Assembly (NCBI GenBank): GCA_048885535.1
Contig: JBHLLO010000073.1
Coordinates: 1 to 15,466 of the forward strand
Length of the DNA stretch: 15,466 bases
DNA from: Candidatus Hermodarchaeota archaeon
GTDB lineage: Archaea; Asgardarchaeota; Lokiarchaeia; Sigyniarchaeales; SOKP01
Direction of reading: 5' to 3'
Part shown: piece after piece, positions 1 through 7,305 of the stretch
Position numbering within the stretch: position 1 is the first letter of the stretch
Layout of the letters: each line of letters opens with the position of its first letter
The notes under the pieces: generated by a model
The model's input: only the letters and a program-made list of their open reading frames with translations
What the model was told of the DNA's origin: nothing
The model's database searches: none
Position numbers and translations under genes: made by a program

Positions 1-174
1 TGTTTTCTTCATTTCAGAAGGTCTTAATCGTGGAATTGATTGAAGTGGTTTCTTGCAGATGGTACATTGAGCTTTACTAGGTTTTTTTCTCCAGTAGTGA
101 GTTGTCGAATTATTACTCGGAGTTTTTAATTGTTTCCTTGCTTGGGTTTTTGATCTTAGTCCTGGTCTTGGCAA
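1..174 (-). CDS. rpl34e: 50S ribosomal protein L34e, 5' part (runs off the left edge)
   Basis: Translated by hand from TTG at 174: MPRPGLRSKTQARKQLKTPSNNSTTHYWRKKPSKAQCTICKKPLQSIPRLRPSEMKKT. This matches the archaeal L34e pattern (MPRPxxRS...KTP...HY.RKKP...CxxCxxPLxxIPRLRP). A GGGAG SD-like motif lies just upstream. Confidence 0.93.
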   Translation of the reverse strand, partial: MPRPGLRSKTQARKQLKTPSNNSTTHYWRKKPSKAQCTICKKPLQSIPRLRPSEMKKT

Positions 175-267
175 TTAAGCTCCCTTTTGAATATTTTTTC
201 TTGAAATTTGACTCTTAGAATAATATAATATAAAATTATAACAAATTAAATAATTTTATCTTTTTAA

Positions 268-924
268 TTAACCTCTCAAGTTCAATTTCTCTTGAAATTC
301 CTGATATAGTTTATAAATATCATCCTCAATTGAACTTCTAAACTTATTGTCTTTTGTAAAACTTGAGTAGTTATATAAAACATTTTTGTAAACACTTTCG
401 AATTTTGCTTGAATTATTTCTAATCCAGGGAATTTCATCAGATTTTCTTTTACATCTTCAAATAGTCTTATTGTTATAGTTTTATTATCTAACGCATTTA
501 ATTTTAGCGCATCTAATAGAGTTATAAAAGAGGAAGTAATTTGAGAAGTCACTCCCGGAAGATCAAGCATAGATGAACTAATAGATTTGTTTTGTAAGTC
601 CTCACCACTTTTTTTATTATGAAAGTCAGAAAAGTCCATATCTGAGATAGTGTTTATAATGTCAATCGCATCGTAGTATTTTTCGGTAAAGTTCATAACA
701 TTTAGGAACTCAGAAAGCTGGACTTTATATTCTTTTAATTGAAAATTGATTTTTAAAAGATCATTCATACAGTTTTTAATTGATTTTTGGAAGAAAGCTT
801 TGTTTAAATTACCACGTTGATATTTCTTATATAACGTGTGTATTGTATTGACAATTGAATAAAGTTCTGATTCAATCTCAGAATAGAGTTCATCCTTTTC
901 GTTTTTATTTTTTTTTTTTGACAT
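268..924 (-). CDS. vps28: Vps28-like ESCRT-I subunit
   Basis: N-terminal ELYSIVNTIHTLYKKYQRGNL resembles the Vps28 N-domain (ELFAxIxTLxxLEKAY). C-terminal ITSSFITLLDALKLN...IEDDIYKLYQEFQEKL resembles the Vps28 four-helix CTD (FITxMDxLRL...FDLESAYxxF). 218 aa is close to eukaryotic Vps28 length. Confidence 0.8.
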   Translation of the reverse strand: MSKKKNKNEKDELYSEIESELYSIVNTIHTLYKKYQRGNLNKAFFQKSIKNCMNDLLKINFQLKEYKVQLSEFLNVMNFTEKYYDAIDIINTISDMDFSDFHNKKSGEDLQNKSISSSMLDLPGVTSQITSSFITLLDALKLNALDNKTITIRLFEDVKENLMKFPGLEIIQAKFESVYKNVLYNYSSFTKDNKFRSSIEDDIYKLYQEFQEKLNLRG

Positions 925-992
925 TTAATTGGCTAATATTTCAATAACTAGTGATTATATAAAAAGAAGATTTAGGGTTAATAAATTTATCT

Positions 993-1901
993 TCAAAATG
1001 TTGGGCGTAAAAAGAAGAAAAGAACCGCTACTAATATACCTATTGTTAAAGATGATATTAAAACTCTTGTAGTTGAGGAATTTGATAATTCTCTAATCGA
1101 AAGTGCTACTAATATTGGAACCCATACTCCAATCGTTATTGCATCAATAAAATGTATAATAGTCCATGTAGCAGAATTAAAAAATTCATTAAAAACTGCC
1201 GGATCAAATAAACCTAAGACATTTATGGGTTGAGAGCCGAAACCAACTAATATGATAATAATTTCGATGAGATTGGTCAAAATAAAAGGAGTAAATGAGC
1301 AAAACATCATTTTATATTTAAAAGCTTGTTGTTGGTGTAAAGTTCCACCTTTATAAATACTAAATGGACTCATTTCTGCTTCTCGATACTGTTCTTTTGC
1401 CTCACCTCCAAGAAAAGATTCTAATTTCTCTGAAAATCCTACAGCATAATTTGCTCCCTTCGTAAATAACCAAATTAATACAAACCCAAAAATGAAAAAG
1501 TATGCTAAGCCAAAAATGAAAAATGCTAAAAAGACGGCTAAGTTATAAAAAAAGAGTCTAAAGTCAAGTGGAGGGATATCTTGTATATTAAAATGTGAAA
1601 GAAAAGCCAATCCCATGAACCCGTAAAGCAAGGCATCGAAAAGTAATATTATATATCCTGGAGCTGATTTCCTACGATGATTGATGCTCCAAAATGCTTT
1701 ATTCGGCTTAATGAACAGCCATAATAAAATCATATACCAGGGATCGGGGGTGGTCCATTCGGATTCAATACGTTTAAATATTGAAAAATTTTCTATTCTT
1801 TCGAATCTTAATCGTTTACCACAGAAAGCACATACGAAAAAGTCTACGCGGACCTCATTTCCGCATCTAGGGCATCGTAAATGAGTCGTTGTGGCTGCCA
1901 T
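993..1901 (-). CDS. Zinc-ribbon / Yip1-domain membrane protein
   Basis: N-terminal CPRC-x10-CAFC ribbon, then 'LFIKPNKAFWSI' (Yip1-like P-xx-(A/F)-F motif before TM1) and about 5 hydrophobic helices, ending in the Yip1-like 'ALSIRELSNSSTTRVLISSL' segment. Confidence 0.7.
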   Translation of the reverse strand: MAATTTHLRCPRCGNEVRVDFFVCAFCGKRLRFERIENFSIFKRIESEWTTPDPWYMILLWLFIKPNKAFWSINHRRKSAPGYIILLFDALLYGFMGLAFLSHFNIQDIPPLDFRLFFYNLAVFLAFFIFGLAYFFIFGFVLIWLFTKGANYAVGFSEKLESFLGGEAKEQYREAEMSPFSIYKGGTLHQQQAFKYKMMFCSFTPFILTNLIEIIIILVGFGSQPINVLGLFDPAVFNEFFNSATWTIIHFIDAITIGVWVPILVALSIRELSNSSTTRVLISSLTIGILVAVLFFFLRPTF

Positions 1902-2018
1902 ATTTATAATTAGAGATTTAATTTTTTATATAAATCATATAATTATAATCATTTATATGTTTTTATGAAACATCTTAATTTTAAGAAACTCATCAATTTA
2001 GTGTTAAAAAGAGAAATA

Positions 2019-3089
2019 TTAATTATATTGAATTATAAATGATTTTCTATCTTGAATGATTTCATATTTTCTGTTTGTAAATAGTTTTACTAATTCCAAA
2101 TTAGTTTTAGTGTGACTAGTAATTTCGAGGACTTTGAGCGAGGAAGGTTCTTTACTAAAAGCAATGAGCGGAATTAATTGATCACTTAAGTAGTTATCTA
2201 TGGGAATATCATTCATAATATATTTCAAAATTTCCTTAGCAGTAATTTTTCCTAGCTTTTCTGAAGTTGTATTTCTTTCACCAAGAACGGTTCCTGAAGA
2301 AATAATTGCTCCCGAATCTGAATTAGCCCAAAGACAAATTCCTACCCCAGGACTAATAGAATTTACTGAAAAATAATTAATATTAGTTTCAATTTTTGTT
2401 TTGACTCTTATTTCTTGCTCAATTGATTTCTTAATCCTCTCTCCAACGTTTCTCCGAATCAAGTTTGATACTATTATTTCACCCTCAATTAAATCAACAT
2501 TTCCCAATTCTCTCAGATAAAGTGATTTTAATTTAGATTTAGGAGGTATGATTGTGCATTTAATCAGAGCGCCTCCTTTTGGGTAAAATCCATGTTCTTT
2601 AATATCAATAAGTATCTCTAAACCACACTTTTTGAGGATCTGATACGTCACATTCATTAGATAGTTTAAACTTGGAGCCCACTTTCCAAATGTACCTCCT
2701 CCTTTGATAAAGATTTCGATTTTATCAGTTTGAGTGAAACATAAGCTAGAGATCTGGATTGGTTGCAATAATAACCCTATACTAGCCGCAGTATTAACAT
2801 TGACATTAATTTTATCAATAATCTGCAAATTTGGTTCAAAAGTTAGTTCTTTTGTACCAACTTTGCATTCTCCATCTACAGCACTAAGTTTGCTTCCAGT
2901 TAAATTTGCTAAAGTTTGTAAACCAAGGAGGTGTTGAAGTCGTAGACCTGGTTTTGGACGATTAACTCTAATATTAAAAAATTTTACTGGTTGATTGAAT
3001 AATACAGAAAAACCTACACCTAAACGTAAAATAGAGCCACCACCTTCCCCAAAAGCACCATCAATTTCTAGGTATTTCTGTTTGTTCAT
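2019..3089 (-). CDS. rtcA: RNA 3'-terminal phosphate cyclase
   Basis: Motifs EIDGAFGEGGGSILR, RPKPGLRLQHL, GFYPKGG and DNYLSDQLIP. ITSHTKTN retains the catalytic His, favouring RtcA over the catalytically divergent Rcl1. Confidence 0.93.
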   Translation of the reverse strand: MNKQKYLEIDGAFGEGGGSILRLGVGFSVLFNQPVKFFNIRVNRPKPGLRLQHLLGLQTLANLTGSKLSAVDGECKVGTKELTFEPNLQIIDKINVNVNTAASIGLLLQPIQISSLCFTQTDKIEIFIKGGGTFGKWAPSLNYLMNVTYQILKKCGLEILIDIKEHGFYPKGGALIKCTIIPPKSKLKSLYLRELGNVDLIEGEIIVSNLIRRNVGERIKKSIEQEIRVKTKIETNINYFSVNSISPGVGICLWANSDSGAIISSGTVLGERNTTSEKLGKITAKEILKYIMNDIPIDNYLSDQLIPLIAFSKEPSSLKVLEITSHTKTNLELVKLFTNRKYEIIQDRKSFIIQYN

Positions 3090-3091
3090 TA

Positions 3092-4231
3092 CTAATTTCC
3101 TTCTAAAAATAGATCTTTAATTCGTTTTATTCCATCAGTTTGGATGATTAATTCTGCCACTTCTTTAGGAACTAAACTTTTCCATACTTTGTTATTTCTA
3201 TTGATTAATTTTCTAATATTAGACCCATTATACTTTTTCTTAAATATTATTAGTTTTTTTCCTAGTTTATAACCTTTCATTTTAAATAGTTGTCTTACCC
3301 ATTCGCTATTAGAAAAAATCACATTAAATTCACCCACTATCGATTCTACGTGATTTACCCACTTTTTTGCGTTAAAAATATCTGGAATCTCATAGATTTC
3401 ATAATCTGTATGGTTTCTTCTCTCCAAAGCAGTTTCAATAAATTCAGTTCGTTCTTTACTAGAGAAAGGATCTGTTATTGTATTGGAAAGTTGAGAGCTA
3501 CCTATTCCAATTTTAATTGATTTATACTTTTTAAATAAGTAATTAAGCACATATAGATGTCCATGATGAAGTGGTTGAAATCTTCCAATAAACAAAGGGA
3601 TTTGCCTTTTAATCGATTCCTTTTTTTTATCTTTATTATCTATTTCGAAATAGTTAGCAATGTCTAATTCAGAAAGCTCTTTCCAAATTTTTTTTGAGTA
3701 ATCTATATATCGCTCATTCTTTAATAAATTCATTAACTCAGGTTTAGTATAAAACCGACTAGCTTTAGGATCTAATTCCTCTGGATTAGGTTTTAATTCG
3801 GTGTCGGATTCAATTAAACCTAAAAATGTATAAGCAATTTCTAAAGTTTTAATATTTGATTCCGCTTTTAAGTCGTAGAATTTCATTTGGTTAATTGATT
3901 TTTGAGGGATTCCAAATTCTTCTTCCAATTCTCTCTTAGCATTATTTTTAATATCATTTAAGTTAAGATTTTTTTTATAAATCACATGTCCTGAAGCTGA
4001 ATCTGTAAAATATTCAGGGAATTCTTTCTTCTTCTTGCTTCTTTTTTGAACAAGAAAGTTGATATTTTTACCTGGTGAGATTGCAACTATGAAGATCCTA
4101 GTAATTAAATGACTAATTTTTTTGTTATGCGCTTCCTGTCTTTCCATAGGAAATATAAATTTAGATATTTGACCAGAATGGAGATATTTTATATCTTTTT
4201 CATCAATGCAAGCTAAAATTTCCTTTTCCAT
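3092..4231 (-). CDS. Fusion of an N-terminal Nudix (IDI-like) hydrolase and a C-terminal nicotinamide-nucleotide adenylyltransferase (NadM/NMNAT)
   Basis: N-half: LVQKRSKKKKEFPEYFTDSASGHV and the Nudix box AKRELEEEFGI. C-half: FIGRFQPLHHGH (HxGH), IGIGSSQ, DPFSSKER, NGSNIRKLI and WKSLVPKEV, all typical of archaeal NadM. Confidence 0.9.
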   Translation of the reverse strand: MEKEILACIDEKDIKYLHSGQISKFIFPMERQEAHNKKISHLITRIFIVAISPGKNINFLVQKRSKKKKEFPEYFTDSASGHVIYKKNLNLNDIKNNAKRELEEEFGIPQKSINQMKFYDLKAESNIKTLEIAYTFLGLIESDTELKPNPEELDPKASRFYTKPELMNLLKNERYIDYSKKIWKELSELDIANYFEIDNKDKKKESIKRQIPLFIGRFQPLHHGHLYVLNYLFKKYKSIKIGIGSSQLSNTITDPFSSKERTEFIETALERRNHTDYEIYEIPDIFNAKKWVNHVESIVGEFNVIFSNSEWVRQLFKMKGYKLGKKLIIFKKKYNGSNIRKLINRNNKVWKSLVPKEVAELIIQTDGIKRIKDLFLEGN

Positions 4232-4245
4232 GAATATAAACCTAA

Positions 4246-5070
4246 TTAAAATTTGATTGTAATTGAATCACCAATATTAAACCCGATTTCCTCTGCTGCA
4301 TTCCCTTGATTAAGAGAAATTTCTAATAATCCATAGGATCCTTCTAAAAATAGAATCGAATTTTTCGGAACCTTATCATAATGAGATGTAAAATTTCCTG
4401 CATACTTTTTATTCTTAAATATTAAAGAAATTATGCCTCCTTCTTTTAGAGTTAATAAGCTCTTCCCAATCTTATTCTCTTTTAATGGAATATTTGTAAT
4501 ACCATTTCCAAATTGGTCAATATAGAGAATAGTACCTTTTATTATTTTATCTGATTGGAAAACTTGGTAAACATAAGGATATTCAACAAAGTTTTTAGGA
4601 TCAAACGGTGGACCAAAATTCTTTAAATCGACACTCTTGGAGATGTAAGCTCCAACGGGAGCCATTACATCCCTTCCATGAAATGTATTAGAGATTGGCT
4701 TAAGAAAATACTCATCATTTTGAATTTTAACACACTCAACTATATCATTTAAGTTAAATGTATTTGTAAATATACCATTATTAGGTCCAATAAAAAAGTG
4801 GTTAGACATTAACTTGATAGCTAAAATTTCTCTTAAAGTCCCAACTCCAGGATCTACAACTATTATAAAAATTGAGCCTTTGGGAAAGTATTTATGAGTC
4901 GTCTTAATTAGAAATGAAGCTTCGTAAATATTAAATGGAGAAACAGAATGGTTAATATCTATGATCTCAACGTTAGGATTAATCTTTAGTATCACAGCTT
5001 TCATAGTTGCAACATAGTGTTGACCTCTCGCTCCAAAATCTGTAATTAAGCCTATAATTCTTTTATTCAT
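4246..5070 (-). CDS. SAM hydroxide adenosyltransferase (DUF62; SAM-dependent chlorinase/fluorinase family)
   Basis: Motifs LITDFG, VVDPGVGTLR, GPNNG, SNTFHGRDVMAP, YIDQFGNGITN and LEISLNQGNAA. The Asp (VVDPG), Arg and His (FHGRD) triad typical of the hydrolase subfamily is present. Confidence 0.92.
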   Translation of the reverse strand: MNKRIIGLITDFGARGQHYVATMKAVILKINPNVEIIDINHSVSPFNIYEASFLIKTTHKYFPKGSIFIIVVDPGVGTLREILAIKLMSNHFFIGPNNGIFTNTFNLNDIVECVKIQNDEYFLKPISNTFHGRDVMAPVGAYISKSVDLKNFGPPFDPKNFVEYPYVYQVFQSDKIIKGTILYIDQFGNGITNIPLKENKIGKSLLTLKEGGIISLIFKNKKYAGNFTSHYDKVPKNSILFLEGSYGLLEISLNQGNAAEEIGFNIGDSITIKF

Positions 5071-5130
5071 TTGTCCATTTTATGATTTTTTACAAGTCTT
5101 AACAAATCTCATAAATATAAGGAGAAAATT

Positions 5131-6033
5131 TCATTTATGTTTATATTTCTCATCTACCTTATAGAATTCTTCTAAAGCTTTAGCTTTTAATCGATATTCC
5201 TCTTCCTTTTCAAATTCTACAAGCTTCTTCGATAATTCACTTGCTTTTCTGAAAGAAACATAAGCAGAATGAAAGTCATCGTTTCTAAGGGAGGTTCTTG
5301 CATCTTGTACTAATTTATCCCTTTGCTTAGATAATTCTGGAACTTGTTCTGAAAAGCTTGCTTTTTCATTTAAAGATTCAGCTATATCAATTATATATAA
5401 GGATTCCGCAATATCAGCTGCTCTTTTATAAAATTTTGCCGCCTTCTCATAATCTATTGATTTAAGAGCTTCCTCAGCGATATTATAATATTCAGAGACC
5501 TTTTTATGCTCACCATCTTCTACTTTTTTTACGAGGTCTTGAGCAATTTTCCTTTCTTTTGTCCCTCCACTTAACATGAATTTCGTGATGGAGATAATGC
5601 TTGATTTCAAAGCTTCTGGTTTTAAAATATCAATTAATGGTTCTAAATGTTCATAATAAATGTCTTTCAATATTGGTTTAAACTCTTCTTTAGATAAATT
5701 TAATAAATTTAAACCTATGATCTCGATTGCTTCTGCACCCAGTTTAAGAGAAGAACGAAATTTTTCCGGCTTATCATCTTCATTCAATAGCAGCCCTATT
5801 ATTGTAGCTGAAGCCTTTCGAGATATTTTTCCTTTAAATTTATAATAATATGAAAAAATTTGAAAATCTTTAAGTTTCAATAGATTAAATTCATTTTTTC
5901 CATGATCTAAATTCAATCTCAGGAATAGATCATTAGATACTTCGAAATTTGATTTACCTTCTTTAAAGTAATAACCCAAAATTCGGTAATCCGCTTCTAG
6001 TGGTAATAAAATTACAAAACTCCCAATTGGCAT
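5131..6033 (-). CDS. Hypothetical protein with a possible longin/uDENN-like N-terminal alpha/beta domain and C-terminal TPR/MIT-like helical repeats
   Basis: The first ~130 aa show a strand-strand-helix-strand-strand-strand-helix pattern. The C-terminus has two similar helical hairpins (AEEALKSIDYEKAAKFYKRAADIAESL and ARTSLRNDDFHSAYVSFRKASELSKKL). The ORF is solid; the fold is inferred. Confidence 0.5.
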   Translation of the reverse strand: MPIGSFVILLPLEADYRILGYYFKEGKSNFEVSNDLFLRLNLDHGKNEFNLLKLKDFQIFSYYYKFKGKISRKASATIIGLLLNEDDKPEKFRSSLKLGAEAIEIIGLNLLNLSKEEFKPILKDIYYEHLEPLIDILKPEALKSSIISITKFMLSGGTKERKIAQDLVKKVEDGEHKKVSEYYNIAEEALKSIDYEKAAKFYKRAADIAESLYIIDIAESLNEKASFSEQVPELSKQRDKLVQDARTSLRNDDFHSAYVSFRKASELSKKLVEFEKEEEYRLKAKALEEFYKVDEKYKHK

Positions 6034-6103
6034 ACTTATATGATCTCCATTAATTTATTGCTAAAATATAATAATTTTTAATTACTTAAATATAAAGAGT
6101 TTA

Positions 6104-6523
6104 CTATTCCTTACAACTCATTATTCTGTTTGTTTCTTCTCTAATCGATTGAATAATATTTAAAAGCTGTGCATAGTAAAGGTTATTAGAAACCGCTTTA
6201 GCAGCCTGTCTAATTAGCTCGATAGCTTTTTTTTCTTCTTCTGTTATATTTTCTAATGACTTTTTTTCATATAATTCTTTAATTTTTGCATTAAAGTCTT
6301 CGGCAATTTCTTGAATGCTTTCACTAGATTTCATTCTAAATTGCTTAAGCACTTCGACAATAAGACGAATATTTTCATTAACAGAAATAGTCTCTTCAGA
6401 AAACTTTTGAGACATAGCTTGAATTGCTGTACTCATTTGATTAATTTGAGCAATAGTCCCATCCAATGATGAGGTTATTTGATTAATTTTATTAATCATC
6501 TCATTCAATAAATTTTCTGCCAT
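6104..6523 (-). CDS. Small coiled-coil hypothetical protein
   Basis: 139 aa, all-helical heptad pattern, strong GAGGTG SD 5 nt before the ATG, ends with TAG TAA. Confidence 0.8.
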   Translation of the reverse strand: MAENLLNEMINKINQITSSLDGTIAQINQMSTAIQAMSQKFSEETISVNENIRLIVEVLKQFRMKSSESIQEIAEDFNAKIKELYEKKSLENITEEEKKAIELIRQAAKAVSNNLYYAQLLNIIQSIREETNRIMSCKE

Positions 6524-6528
6524 ATTTT

Positions 6529-6534
6529 CACCTC
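6529..6534 (-). promoter_or_regulatory. Shine-Dalgarno site (GAGGTG) for the 6104..6523 gene
   Basis: Minus strand reads GAGGTG-AAAAT-ATG. Confidence 0.75.
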
Positions 6535-6554
6535 AACTATATCAAATTAATTAT

Positions 6555-6959
6555 TTATAATTTTGTTGCAGAATATTGCTTTAGGTTCTTTACGGAACTT
6601 ATAGCCTCAGATAGTAATAGATTTACAGTATCTTGATTTAATACTTCCGCTGATAATTTCTGAAACTCATCAAGCTTTTTTATTAAAGTGTTTAAAGCGT
6701 CTAATCCTAATCCCTCCTGTATGTTTTTTAACTCTTGTTTTGTGGTTTCTCCAATCTCCCTCAGAATATCGATGTGTTTAGTTTGTGTAATTTCAATCTC
6801 CTCCGAAAATGATTTTAATTTATCGTTTAAATTAGTAATTTTCTCTTCGATATTTTTATTTAAACCATCCAAAGATGTGTTAAGTGCTTGAATAGCTTGA
6901 CCCAGTTGAGCAATTCTTTTGTAAATAGAATTTAATAAATCTGTAAGCATTTCAGCCAT
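6555..6959 (-). CDS. Small coiled-coil hypothetical protein, probable paralog of 6104..6523
   Basis: 134 aa, heptad-rich, with a similar N-terminus (MAEMLTDLLNSIYKRI vs MAENLLNEMINKI) and a shared SLDG word. Confidence 0.8.
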   Translation of the reverse strand: MAEMLTDLLNSIYKRIAQLGQAIQALNTSLDGLNKNIEEKITNLNDKLKSFSEEIEITQTKHIDILREIGETTKQELKNIQEGLGLDALNTLIKKLDEFQKLSAEVLNQDTVNLLLSEAISSVKNLKQYSATKL

Positions 6960-7130
6960 AATATTCTCACTATTTGATTTTTATTTTTAAATTTAAGATT
7001 TATTCTTTTTAAAGCTTTAATTATAAATATAACAGAGTGAAACAATAAAAAAATTTTTATGTTTTTATGTTTTTATAAGATTATCTTTAGGTCCATCAGC
7101 ACTGAGATAAGGATTTAGAAAAATCATAGG

Positions 7131-7138
7131 TTTATAAA
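7131..7138 (+). promoter_or_regulatory. Candidate TATA box of the tRNA-Ile gene
   Basis: TTTATAAA ending 13 nt before the mature tRNA 5' end. This is closer than the usual archaeal spacing, and the AT-rich background weakens the call. Confidence 0.3.
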
Positions 7139-7151
7139 ATTTCTATTAAAT

Positions 7152-7274
7152 GGTCCAGTAGCTCAGATTGGTTAAAGCGCGGGTCTTATAAGGCCCAATA
7201 GACGTACATTGTATGGTTAATTGTCTGTTTTGCATAAAAACCCGAGATCGGGGGTTCAAATCCCCCCTGGACCA
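7152..7274 (+). tRNA. tRNA-Ile (anticodon UAU) with a 48-nt intron
   Basis: Acceptor GGTCCAG/CTGGACC plus discriminator A7274; D arm GCTC-AGATTGGTTA-AAGC; anticodon stem CGGGT (7180-7184)/ACCCG (7240-7244); loop CT-TAT-A[intron]A; short variable loop AGATC; T arm GGGGG-TTCAAAT-CCCCC. Intron is 7191-7238 (37/38) or equivalently 7192-7239 (38/39). CCA is not encoded. Confidence 0.9.
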
Positions 7275-7283
7275 CACTGTTCC

Positions 7284-7290
7284 TTTTTTT
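7284..7290 (+). terminator. Oligo-T archaeal terminator after tRNA-Ile
   Basis: A T7 tract begins 10 nt after the discriminator base. Confidence 0.55.
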
Positions 7291-7305
7291 CGTTATGTAC
7301 TATTA

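Noticed and set aside
987-995. Yip1 gene ends TGA-AGA-TAA (possible C-terminal Sec-Arg)
   Set aside because: No redox context, no visible SECIS in the 68-nt gap, and Yip1 proteins are not known selenoproteins. A nearby TAA is expected by chance.
4246-5070. Possible fluorinase/chlorinase (halogenase)
   Set aside because: It keeps the Asp-Arg-His triad of the DUF62 SAM hydrolases, and there is no secondary-metabolite context.
5071-5133. TGA stop of the 300-aa gene is in frame with the downstream DUF62 gene (possible read-through fusion)
   Set aside because: An in-frame TAA at 5082-5080 intervenes.
7054-7110. TTTTTATG tandem repeat and TTATCT/AGATAA inverted repeat upstream of tRNA-Ile (possible SECIS, sRNA or operator)
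   Set aside because: Too short for an AT-rich background; no complete C/D box pair or SECIS core with a supporting stem.
7185-7240. Alternative splicing registers giving anticodon UAA (Leu), or use of the intronic CAT (Met/Ile2)
   Set aside because: The short variable loop is incompatible with tRNA-Leu. Using CAT at 7233-7235 leaves two extra A residues (9-nt loop), and no splice motif supports either option.
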